Counted from the stretch's first letter, positions 1 through 7,107 are shown. The stretch: 29,008 bases of DNA from an uncultured bacterium (GCA_938015795.1 CALLXA010000080.1:1-29008), one strand, 5' to 3'. Notes: a model not told the origin generated them from the sequence alone. Translations and numbers: made by a program.

Positions 1-122
1 TACTGCCTAGAATAATCATACATTTATTGGTGTTTACGGTTATCGGAATTGTGGTATATTTATATAGATTCCATATTACAGCAGTATTGCTATATTGGAT
101 ATTCAGAGATACTTTAATATGA
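1..122 (+). CDS. 3' end of a hydrophobic membrane protein (truncated by window edge)
   Basis: Frame starting at nt 3 reads LPRIIIHLLVFTVIGIVVYLYRFHITAVLLYWIFRDTLI*; its TGA (120-122) overlaps the next ATG (119-121). Confidence 0.45.
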   Translation, partial: LPRIIIHLLVFTVIGIVVYLYRFHITAVLLYWIFRDTLI

Positions 123-355
123 AAAAATACAGTATGGACAAAGCAACTGCTGATACGATAACGGAGTGTAAGATTCTACTAATGGAGGCTGTCAAAGATA
201 TAGCCGAATTAAAAAACAATAGTGTTAGCAGAGAAGCATACAAGAACCTAGATGACAGAGTCAAAAATATAGAGGGTAGTATTAGTAAAATAACTTGGGC
301 AATAGTGATGGCTGTAATAGGGGCTGTGCTGTCTTTAGTTATTAAAAGTATATAA
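119..355 (+). CDS. Coiled-coil protein with C-terminal TM helix, XhlA-like/holin-like lysis protein
   Basis: LDDRVKNIEGSISK followed by hydrophobic ITWAIVMAVIGAVLSLVI; upstream of endolysin. Start at ATG 119 (ATGA coupling) or ATG 134 rather than TTG 95. Confidence 0.65.
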   Translation: MKKYSMDKATADTITECKILLMEAVKDIAELKNNSVSREAYKNLDDRVKNIEGSISKITWAIVMAVIGAVLSLVIKSI

Positions 356-356
356 G

Positions 357-815
357 ATGAAAATATTGGAAAGAGTGAAGGATATTAAGACGAGCAGTAT
401 TCTGCTAAACATAATTTTAGTAGTAGTCATCTCATTTGTAGGGTTGATTATTTACTGGAGCATAAGACCATACGATATTGTCCAATGGAAGATTGACCAA
501 TACCAAACCACGAAGCAAGAATATAAAGTAGGTGAAGTCTTAACCTACAGAACAGCATTTTGTAAGAGAGGAAACTACATAGCCCATCAGATGCGAAGAC
601 TAGAAGACGGAGTTGTTTATTTATTTCCAGATTTGTCATCAAGCACCACGGAGGGCTGTTTAGACTTCATCTCCACAAGCACTACCGTTCCAAATGTTCC
701 AACTGGAGAATATTTTTTTGAGATAGAGTTCATCTACAAAGTCAATCCAATCCGAGAAGTAAGATATACAATGCACAGCAATAGGTTCAAGATTGTAAAT
801 GACAATAACTTTTAA
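357..815 (+). CDS. Membrane-anchored protein with extracytoplasmic beta-rich domain (lysis cassette)
   Basis: N-terminal TM (ILLNIILVVVISFVGLIIYW), then a soluble beta-strand-rich region with two Cys; lies between the holin-like gene and the endolysin. Confidence 0.7.
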   Translation: MKILERVKDIKTSSILLNIILVVVISFVGLIIYWSIRPYDIVQWKIDQYQTTKQEYKVGEVLTYRTAFCKRGNYIAHQMRRLEDGVVYLFPDLSSSTTEGCLDFISTSTTVPNVPTGEYFFEIEFIYKVNPIREVRYTMHSNRFKIVNDNNF

Positions 816-826
816 GAGGTAAAAAA

Positions 827-1597
827 ATGGCGGAAATATATACTTCACTATTCAAAGGCAAGGTTCATATAACAACCCCGTATTCCAGTAAGCACCCTGC
901 TTTAGATATGGGGAATTACAAAACAAGAAATCCAATATACTCTCCAAACAAGCTCGGAAAAGGAAAAGTTTCCAAACAAACTACAAGTTATACATACGGA
1001 GGTGTATTATACAAAGATGCATTGACTCAATGGATTAAGTATGACAATGGTTTTGAGTCCTGCACAGTTCACGGTTCGGTTGCTGACAGAATACTAAAAG
1101 TAGGGGATTTGGTAAAAGTAGGACAGCTAGTTTACAGGACTGGAAATAAAGGTTACAGCAAAGGCGACCATCTTCACTACCAATTAAAGAAGAACGGAGT
1201 TCTGGTTGACCCTACAAAATATGTGATGAACGATATGCCCATTGAAGCCCCTACAACCCCTCCTGCACAGACGGAGTGTGAGAAACGAGTGATAGAACTT
1301 GAAGCACAGGTAGCGGGGCTTAAATCAGCTGTAGGGAGTGCAGAAGTGGTAATAAAAACTAGGGACGACTCTATTAGACTTTTAACGGAAAGAAATACCT
1401 ATTTGGAAGAAGTTACAAAAGAAACAAATAGCCAGTTCAAAGGGTTGGAGAAGTTACTAAAAGATATTCAAGACAAATGCGATAAGTTGTCCGAGGACTA
1501 CAAAGCAGTTTCAGAGGAGTTAAAAGAACTTAAAGAGGGCAGAGATACTTGGATTAACAGATTGGCAGATATATTACATAAGTTATTTACTAAATAA
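827..1597 (+). CDS. M23 family peptidase endolysin with C-terminal coiled coil
   Basis: Zn-binding motifs HxxxD (HPALD) and HxH (GYSKGDHLHYQL), GNKG loop, Pro/Thr linker, then about 100 aa heptad-rich tail. Confidence 0.9.
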   Translation: MAEIYTSLFKGKVHITTPYSSKHPALDMGNYKTRNPIYSPNKLGKGKVSKQTTSYTYGGVLYKDALTQWIKYDNGFESCTVHGSVADRILKVGDLVKVGQLVYRTGNKGYSKGDHLHYQLKKNGVLVDPTKYVMNDMPIEAPTTPPAQTECEKRVIELEAQVAGLKSAVGSAEVVIKTRDDSIRLLTERNTYLEEVTKETNSQFKGLEKLLKDIQDKCDKLSEDYKAVSEELKELKEGRDTWINRLADILHKLFTK

Positions 1598-1598
1598 T

Positions 1599-1682
1599 AT
1601 GTGGTGGTGGCAATTATTTTTCACTCTTGGCTTGATAAGTCTTTTGGTTGTTTACTTTCTAAAAGACTCGGAAGTTAGTTAA
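1599..1682 (+). CDS. 27-aa single-pass membrane peptide
   Basis: MWWWQLFFTLGLISLLVVYFLKDSEVS*; ATG lies 1 nt after the endolysin stop and the ORF fills the gap to the next gene. Too short for the ORF track. Confidence 0.45.
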   Translation: MWWWQLFFTLGLISLLVVYFLKDSEVS

Positions 1683-1703
1683 GTTTATTTTTATTTAATC
1701 AAA

Positions 1704-1964
1704 ATGGAAAGTGTTATTACAAATCTCATAGAGAAGATACAGAATCCAGTTGTAAAGGCATTTGTATTTAGATTTTACAATGTCTTCAAGAGTATAGTTC
1801 TTCCAATCGTTCTAGGTGTAATTCTTTTTGAATTAAAGGAACACGGTAATTTTGAAGGACTGATTGATAAAAAGGTATGGGTTGAAGCCATATATTCAAT
1901 AGTTCTAGCACTTGTAGGAAGTGCAGTCGCAGGATTGGACAAAATCAATCGTATGAAAAAATAA
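1704..1964 (+). CDS. Holin-like membrane protein
   Basis: 86 aa, two hydrophobic segments (SIVLPIVLGVILFEL; AIYSIVLALVGSAVAGL), basic C-terminus, follows endolysin. Confidence 0.7.
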   Translation: MESVITNLIEKIQNPVVKAFVFRFYNVFKSIVLPIVLGVILFELKEHGNFEGLIDKKVWVEAIYSIVLALVGSAVAGLDKINRMKK

Positions 1965-1981
1965 ATATTGGTGATTGAATT

Positions 1982-2035
1982 GGAAGACGGTTCACAACTC
2001 CTTTTCGCCGTCTTCCTATTAAGCTACTAATAGCT
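1982..2035 (+). promoter_or_regulatory. Two tandem stem-loops upstream of the HNH gene
   Basis: GGAAGACGG (1982-1990) pairs with CCGTCTTCC (2008-2016); AGCTA-ctaa-TAGCT (2022-2035). No clear U-tract. Confidence 0.4.
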
Positions 2036-2064
2036 CGTTCAAAATCCCACTACGGAGGTGTATC

Positions 2065-2367
2065 GTGTCTTCTACCATCAAAGGTTGGAAACTTGCTATT
2101 CACGAAAGAGAGTGTTACAAGTGCAAAATCTGTGGAAGTAGTTATCAATTAACTGTTCATCACAAAATCCCATTGGCGAGAGGAGGGAAAAGTAATCCAG
2201 ATAATTGTGTTTGTTGGTGTCATATTTGCCATAACTTATTCCACAAAAGATATGGTTTAACCACTTCTGACGATTACGGAAATCCCGTTGGAGAAATAAG
2301 AGATACAAGAGTATCAAAACCATCAAGAAAGAGAAGAAGAAAGTTAAAAAAGAAGCACCATAGATAG
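2065..2367 (+). CDS. HNH endonuclease
   Basis: CxxC...LTVHHKIPLARGGKSNPDNCVCWCHICHNLFH; GTG start with strong SD GGAGGTG; very basic C-tail. Confidence 0.9.
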   Translation: MSSTIKGWKLAIHERECYKCKICGSSYQLTVHHKIPLARGGKSNPDNCVCWCHICHNLFHKRYGLTTSDDYGNPVGEIRDTRVSKPSRKRRRKLKKKHHR

Positions 2368-2372
2368 TAGGT

Positions 2373-2420
2373 AGAGAGGGTATTAAAAATATCTTTGGTA
2401 TAGATACCCTCTCTTTGTCT
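2373..2420 (+). terminator. Probable intrinsic terminator after HNH
   Basis: 11-bp stem AGAGAGGGTAT (2373-2383) / ATACCCTCTCT (2404-2414) followed by TTGTCT; the loop is long (20 nt). Confidence 0.5.
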
Positions 2421-2424
2421 TATA

Positions 2425-2433
2425 TGCTATATT
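2425..2433 (+). promoter_or_regulatory. Extended -10 promoter for the glycosyltransferase operon (possibly leaderless mRNA)
   Basis: TG-c-TATATT ends 5 nt before ATG 2439; no SD and no -20 hexamer before this gene. Confidence 0.4.
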
Positions 2434-2438
2434 GAAGT

Positions 2439-3368
2439 ATGAAAGATTTTGTAATCTATCATAACTACATACCAAAAGTAGGAGGGATAGAATCAGCAGT
2501 CTATAATTTGGCAAGTGGATTGAATAAAAAAGGCTACAATGTAACGATAGTCTATACAAGTGCCGAGAGCTATGAGAGTTTATTCCACTATGCCAAAGTA
2601 GCAGATGTCGTTAGAGTTGATACCAGAGAAATATATTGTGATGTGTGTTTAATAGCAAGTAATCATTTAATCCCTGATAACATAAAGGCAGATAGATACC
2701 TACAATGGGTCCACTCCGATTATGATAAATACAATCTAAAACTAACAAATAAAGGAAAGGTGGAGTATGTCGCAGTTAGTAAACATTGTTCAGAAGTAAT
2801 TAAGAAAAGGGAGAAGATAGAGTGTAAAGTTATTTATAACCTCATAGACCAAGATTTCGGAAATGATAAAAGAAAGATTTTAAGACTTGTTACCAATTCT
2901 AGAGTATCACCAGAGAAGGGATTTGAAAGGGCTTTCAAGTTAGCAAACTCATTAAAGGAAAGTAATATACGATTCTCTTGGGTTATCTATGGCGACAATT
3001 CTCATTATCCAAAAGAATATTGGGGTTGGATAGACAAGTTCAGACCTATTGAAGAAGTCCAATGGGTAGGATACAAAAGTGATGTTTCAATCGGATTAAC
3101 CAATGCTGATTATCTAGTTCAATTATCAGATTTTGAGGGTTGCCCTCTTTCAATCCTAGAAGCATTAAAGATGGAAGTTCCCTGCCTAGTAACAAACTGG
3201 GGTGGAGTAAAGGAACTCATAACAGACGGAGTTAATGGATATATTCTTCCAATGAATATGAAAGATATAGATGTGGACAAAATTGTGGATAAGATACCAA
3301 AGTTTAAGTATAAGCCACTTTCTAATGTGGATAGCTGGATTAAGTTAATAGAAAAGGATAATGGATAA
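2439..3368 (+). CDS. GT-B fold glycosyltransferase (GT4 / Glycos_transf_1-like)
   Basis: N-terminal GGIESAVYNLA motif; SRVSPEKG; C-terminal ADYLVQLSDFEGCPLSILEALKMEVPCLVTNWGGVKELITDGVNGY signature. Confidence 0.9.
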   Translation: MKDFVIYHNYIPKVGGIESAVYNLASGLNKKGYNVTIVYTSAESYESLFHYAKVADVVRVDTREIYCDVCLIASNHLIPDNIKADRYLQWVHSDYDKYNLKLTNKGKVEYVAVSKHCSEVIKKREKIECKVIYNLIDQDFGNDKRKILRLVTNSRVSPEKGFERAFKLANSLKESNIRFSWVIYGDNSHYPKEYWGWIDKFRPIEEVQWVGYKSDVSIGLTNADYLVQLSDFEGCPLSILEALKMEVPCLVTNWGGVKELITDGVNGYILPMNMKDIDVDKIVDKIPKFKYKPLSNVDSWIKLIEKDNG

Positions 3369-4062
3369 TTCAGAAGTAATATTCAAGCCAGTTACACAAA
3401 GGCACGATAGGGTTCTCATAGTTGGTGGAGGAGAAAGTCTAACGGATTTTGATATGGATTTACTAAAAGACTTCAAAGGAGCAATCATTTGTGTAAACAA
3501 TATCGTGTATCATCTTCCAAGAGCAGATTACTGGATAACTGTGGACCCAATGCACAACGGAGAACCACAAGTAGCATTAACAGACAAGGTGAAAGGTGTT
3601 TATTATTTCTGTGCCTTTCCAGACCTGAAAAAAGAGCCATTTGACAGTCCGTATTACAAAGCAGTTGATGATGTTCATTACCTAGAAAGGATAGTTCCTA
3701 TTAACGAAGAAGATGGAGGACAAGGAGATTATAGCTTACAAGAAGACAAGGACAAAATTACAACTGGGGATAGTTGTTATGGAGCATTAGGATTGGCATA
3801 CCATTTTGAAGCAAAAGAAATAATCCTACTCGGAATAGATGTTTACGGGTTCGGTCATTGGTATAACAAATCAGATGCCTACAACCGAGGGTGGGGGAAG
3901 AAGTTTAGAGAATACAAGAGCAAAGTTCCGTTGATATACAAACAGAGTGTTCCTCAATGGAATAAGAGGGGAGCAAAGGTGGTAAATGGTTCTCTTAACA
4001 GCAAGATTACTTGCTTTGAAAGAACCACACCAGAAAAAGCATTTACTTATTTTGACAAATAA
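3361..4062 (+). CDS. Maf/DUF115 (MptE-like) domain protein, putative glycosyltransferase
   Basis: VLIVGGGESL...IICVN...ADYWITVDP...GDSCYGALGLAYHFEAKEIILLGID matches the Maf/CstII-like pattern (xGxGPS...N...A...G...I.L.G.D). Confidence 0.7.
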   Translation: MDNSEVIFKPVTQRHDRVLIVGGGESLTDFDMDLLKDFKGAIICVNNIVYHLPRADYWITVDPMHNGEPQVALTDKVKGVYYFCAFPDLKKEPFDSPYYKAVDDVHYLERIVPINEEDGGQGDYSLQEDKDKITTGDSCYGALGLAYHFEAKEIILLGIDVYGFGHWYNKSDAYNRGWGKKFREYKSKVPLIYKQSVPQWNKRGAKVVNGSLNSKITCFERTTPEKAFTYFDK

Positions 4063-4064
4063 AA

Positions 4065-4229
4065 ATGGTAATAATAAAAACAATAAGAACATATTTTGAT
4101 GTTGTTCTAAACAAATCAATCACATCTGGATTTGTCAATCGTGTTCCACCTGCGAGGGCGAGAAAATTGCTTTCAATGGGGTTAGCAGAGGTGTTGGAAA
4201 TAGATAAGTTAAAAAAAAGAGAACAATGA
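4065..4229 (+). CDS. 54-aa hypothetical protein
   Basis: MVIIKTIRTYFDVVLNKSITSGFVNRVPPARARKLLSMGLAEVLEIDKLKKREQ*; starts 2 nt after the upstream stop; ATGA overlap with the next gene. Confidence 0.65.
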   Translation: MVIIKTIRTYFDVVLNKSITSGFVNRVPPARARKLLSMGLAEVLEIDKLKKREQ

Positions 4230-4888
4230 AGTTTATTAAAAAAGAAACATTTTATCCCTTTCCAGTTCACGAGTGGAATCTTCCTGCGGGACATACTTGC
4301 CCGTTCGCCAAAGATTGTAAAATTATGGTCAATCGCTATAGTGGGAAGTTCAATATCATTGGAGATAAGTTCCGTTGTTATGCAGCAATCTCCGAGAGGT
4401 TTCCTGCCGTAAGAAATATGAGATGGAAGAACTACGAAGAAGTAGTAGAGCTATTAAAGAAGAAAGAGATAATACAAATACCACCACGGGCAACCCATAT
4501 TAGAATACACGGGAGTGGAGATTTTTTCAGTCAAGAATATTTTGATATGTGGTTAGAAGTTTGTAGGAGAAATCCAAAGGTAAAGTTCTGGGCATTTACA
4601 AAAAGTCTTCAATTCTGGATAAACCGACTAGACCAGATACCAGAGAACTTGACACTACAGGCAAGTAAAGGTGGATTTCAAGACAATCTAATTAAGGTGT
4701 ATAATCTAAAGTATGCAGAGGTATTTACTGATATTGGAGAAGCAATCAGGAGTGGACTTCCCATAGATACAGATGATACCTATGCTATGAGTGGGAATCA
4801 GAGTTTTGCTTTGTTGGATAATAACAAATATTCAAAGAAAGTTCCGATTCAAGAGTTAATAGATAATTTTATCAAAACTTCCAAATGA
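4226..4888 (+). CDS. Phage gp88-like (radical-SAM-related) protein
   Basis: WNLPAGHTCPFAKDC...CYA...IRIHGSGDFFSQEY...FWAFTKS pattern typical of the GP88 family; three spaced Cys. Confidence 0.7.
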   Translation: MKFIKKETFYPFPVHEWNLPAGHTCPFAKDCKIMVNRYSGKFNIIGDKFRCYAAISERFPAVRNMRWKNYEEVVELLKKKEIIQIPPRATHIRIHGSGDFFSQEYFDMWLEVCRRNPKVKFWAFTKSLQFWINRLDQIPENLTLQASKGGFQDNLIKVYNLKYAEVFTDIGEAIRSGLPIDTDDTYAMSGNQSFALLDNNKYSKKVPIQELIDNFIKTSK

Positions 4889-5043
4889 AACAGTTGTTAG
4901 CATTTAAGAGAGGGAGTAAGTATTACCTAAAGATATACGGAGCAGAATACGAGTTGGTATTGCCATCAGAAGTGGTAGCAAAACCACTTTCGGAGAACTT
5001 AAAAAAGAAAATAGCAGGGAAGACAGTAACCAAGAAAAAGTAG
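4885..5043 (+). CDS. 52-aa basic hypothetical protein
   Basis: MKQLLAFKRGSKYYLKIYGAEYELVLPSEVVAKPLSENLKKKIAGKTVTKKK*; ATGA coupling; TAATTT 21 nt upstream. Confidence 0.6.
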   Translation: MKQLLAFKRGSKYYLKIYGAEYELVLPSEVVAKPLSENLKKKIAGKTVTKKK

Positions 5044-5048
5044 TTCTG

Positions 5049-5096
5049 GAAAAGGATAATATAGCTCTTTATTTCTTCTAAAGAATACTATATATT
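5049..5096 (+). promoter_or_regulatory. Sigma70-like promoter with 23-nt repeated upstream element (copy 1)
   Basis: GAAAAGGATAATATAGCTCTTTA (5049-5071) overlaps TTTATT (5068-5073), 17 nt spacer, TATATT (5091-5096). Confidence 0.6.
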
Positions 5097-5140
5097 TTAA
5101 TATGGACTATAAAAAGTGAGTGTTCCATATTTTAATGTGT

Positions 5141-5191
5141 GTTCCTGTGGGCTGGTAGGTTTACTCAACTTTCCTACCACCCTACAAGAGC
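5141..5191 (+). promoter_or_regulatory. Imperfect stem-loop in the leader of the replication initiator
   Basis: TGGTAGG (5153-5159) / CCTACCA (5173-5179), extended by GGG/CCC and TGT/ACA; ends just before SD AAAGGAG. Confidence 0.45.
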
Positions 5192-5205
5192 AGAAAGGAG
5201 TTTCA

Positions 5206-6039
5206 ATGGAAGAAATAATCAGCAAACGAGATGGTGATGCCTACGAAGTGATTGGTTACGAACCAGTTATTTTAGAGGAGAAAGAAAAAGAACCAGAAAT
5301 ATACAACCTACAATATCTGGTTTATCGGTTAGATATTCAAAGAGAATACAAGTTAAGTGATTTAGAAACTAAAATTATTAGTTTTATCTTAAGTTACTCA
5401 AATGTTTCGGACAACTTCTACTTCGGGAATAGTAGTTTAGCAAGGATATTTGAAAAGGTAGAACAGAGTATCTGCAATGCCATAACCGCTTTAGAGGAGA
5501 AAGGATTGGTTTCTTGTTCTTACAGAATGAAAGCAAATGGGGGGAAAGTTAGATATATCCGACTATTAGAAAACTCATATTCCAAGTATAAGAAAAGTTA
5601 TAGTCAGAATATAAGAAAAGTTATAAAGAATAATAATAAGATAAATAATAATAAGATAAATATATATATGTCCAATTTTTCTAGTTTCTGGGAACAATAT
5701 CCTAAAAAGGTAAGCAAAAAGAAAACCGAGGAGATATTTAATAGGATAGTAACTTCTAAAAAGAAAGAGCAAGAGATAATACAGGGACTTCTCAAATACA
5801 AGAAGAAGTGGCTAGGAGAAAAGACAGATATAAAATATATTCCAAACCCTACAACTTGGTTAAACCAAGCAAGATGGGAAGACGAAGTAATTATCAGCAA
5901 CGAACAGTTTAACAAGTATGCCAGAGATAGAGAAAAGAAGTGGGAAGAAGTTAAGCAAAAAGAGAAGATAGATTACAAGGTTGATGATGGTAGTGGTGGA
6001 CTCATATCATTAAAAGAGTTATTAAACAAGGAGAAATAG
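5206..6039 (+). CDS. Phage replication initiator (N-terminal winged HTH, C-terminal replisome-organiser-like domain)
   Basis: HTH-like NSSLARIFEKVEQSICNAITALEEKGLV; C-terminal FSSFWEQYPKKVSKKK...YIPNPTTWLNQARWEDE; SD AAAGGAG before ATG 5206; internal iterons. Confidence 0.85.
   Translation: MEEIISKRDGDAYEVIGYEPVILEEKEKEPEIYNLQYLVYRLDIQREYKLSDLETKIISFILSYSNVSDNFYFGNSSLARIFEKVEQSICNAITALEEKGLVSCSYRMKANGGKVRYIRLLENSYSKYKKSYSQNIRKVIKNNNKINNNKINIYMSNFSSFWEQYPKKVSKKKTEEIFNRIVTSKKKEQEIIQGLLKYKKKWLGEKTDIKYIPNPTTWLNQARWEDEVIISNEQFNKYARDREKKWEEVKQKEKIDYKVDDGSGGLISLKELLNKEK
5564..5670. repeat. Putative replication origin: three 16-nt iterons at 23-nt period plus AT-rich tandem repeat
   Basis: TATTAGAAAACTCATA (5564), TATAAGAAAAGTTATA (5587), TATAAGAAAAGTTATA (5610); then AATAATAATAAGATA twice (5629-5658) and a TA run. 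Confidence 0.75.
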
Positions 6040-6043
6040 ATAT

Positions 6044-6072
6044 TAGATATTTAATATATAATACTATATAAT
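6044..6072 (+). promoter_or_regulatory. Possible sigma70-like promoter
   Basis: TAGATA (6044-6049), 17 nt, TATAAT (6067-6072) in an AT-rich intergenic gap. Confidence 0.45.
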
Positions 6073-6103
6073 TAAGAATTAAGTTAAGTTGAGGGTAAAT
6101 AAG

Positions 6104-6319
6104 ATGAGATACACAGTAACAGTTGAAAAGGAAGCCAAGATAAGTTCTGGCACTTCTTTAGCAATCCAGAAGTTCAAGGATATGCTCAAGTCAGAAAGGA
6201 AGACAGAACAGTTACAAGGGGAGTTGGAAATGTGGTTAAAAGAGATTCCAAAAGACGAGTTCAATGCCTATGTGGAAATAACAGAAGAAATGAGAAACAG
6301 AATAGAGCAGGGTAAGTAA
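6104..6319 (+). CDS. Hypothetical protein
   Basis: Open frame with typical composition; ATG 6104 has TAAGTT 19 nt upstream and GAGGG. Confidence 0.75.
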   Translation: MRYTVTVEKEAKISSGTSLAIQKFKDMLKSERKTEQLQGELEMWLKEIPKDEFNAYVEITEEMRNRIEQGK

Positions 6320-6331
6320 AAAGCCTTGCTA

Positions 6332-6379
6332 GAAAAGGATAAAATAGCTCTTTACATTTTATATATATTCTTATATAAT
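6332..6379 (+). promoter_or_regulatory. Near-consensus sigma70 promoter with 23-nt repeated upstream element (copy 2)
   Basis: GAAAAGGATAAAATAGCTCTTTA (6332-6354, 22/23 identical to copy 1) overlaps TTTACA (6351-6356), 17 nt, TATAAT (6374-6379). Confidence 0.75.
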
Positions 6380-6387
6380 GTTAATAT

Positions 6388-6405
6388 AGTTAAGTTAAGT
6401 TAAGT
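6388..6405 (+). repeat. Tandem (TAAGT)n pentamer run
   Basis: AGTTAAGTTAAGTTAAGT; shorter runs at 6079-6090 and 7788-7800; all lie just upstream of start codons. Confidence 0.7.
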
Positions 6406-6414
6406 AAAAAAAAG

Positions 6415-6609
6415 ATGAGAAACACAAAAAGTTTAGAGAGTATCGCAAAGGCAATAGAGGATTTGGGACAAGTTAAAAGAGATATCCTCTTAAAGGTAGG
6501 AAACATAGAGGATAACTCCAGTATAGTATTCACAAACTTAATGATTGATAAGACAAATGAATTGATTAGACTTTTACAGTATAGAGAAATGGTAGAAAGA
6601 AACAGGTAA
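6415..6609 (+). CDS. Hypothetical protein (helical)
   Basis: ORF track; follows the promoter; TAAGTT at -19. Confidence 0.7.
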   Translation: MRNTKSLESIAKAIEDLGQVKRDILLKVGNIEDNSSIVFTNLMIDKTNELIRLLQYREMVERNR

Positions 6610-6678
6610 TTGACTACTCGGAGGGTTTTAGAGATAGAACCCTCACAGTAGGAAACTACAAAATAAGTTGTTAGTCAA
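6610..6678 (+). ncRNA. Candidate structured leader RNA (three-way junction, two GNRA loops)
   Basis: P1 TTGACTA (6610-16)/TAGTCAA (6672-78); P2 GAGGGTTTTA-GAGA-TAGAACCCTC (6621-44, one GU pair); P3 GTAG-GAAA-CTAC (6648-59). Confidence 0.45.
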
Positions 6679-6683
6679 AAAGT

Positions 6684-7106
6684 ATGTCCACAAGAGCAAA
6701 TATAATTATCAAAGACAAACACAGTAAGTTATATTTTTACAGACACTCGGACGGGTATCCAGAAGTAACAATGGAAAGCCTAAAGGGGTTCTGTGGTATG
6801 TATCACAATCAGTTAAGAAACAATGTAAGCCAAAGTTCAGGTTGGTTGATTTTGTTAGGAGCAGTTGAGTATGGTTTCAAAGGAGAAATACAAAACAATG
6901 ATAAGTTTTCAGGTTGGAAAGTAGGAGCATACGAACCAACGACAGGCATACACGGAGATATAGAATATCTTTATGTGATTGATTTAGAAAAAGAAAGTTT
7001 AAGTTGTTACCAAATCAAGTGGGAATTAGGTTATGAGATAACAGAGGAGAATATCCTAAAAGAAAAACCAGTATTGGTTCATAATTTTACAGCAAAGGAG
7101 AATTAG
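6684..7106 (+). CDS. Conserved phage hypothetical protein (Y-x-H-x-DGYP motif)
   Basis: MSTRANI...YFYRHSDGYPE...HGDIEYLYVID pattern, common in phage early regions. Confidence 0.8.
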   Translation: MSTRANIIIKDKHSKLYFYRHSDGYPEVTMESLKGFCGMYHNQLRNNVSQSSGWLILLGAVEYGFKGEIQNNDKFSGWKVGAYEPTTGIHGDIEYLYVIDLEKESLSCYQIKWELGYEITEENILKEKPVLVHNFTAKEN

Positions 7107-7107
7107 T

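Noticed and set aside
5116-5205. GTG start at 5116 for the initiator
   Set aside because: This stretch is the hairpin leader; ATG 5206 has a canonical SD.
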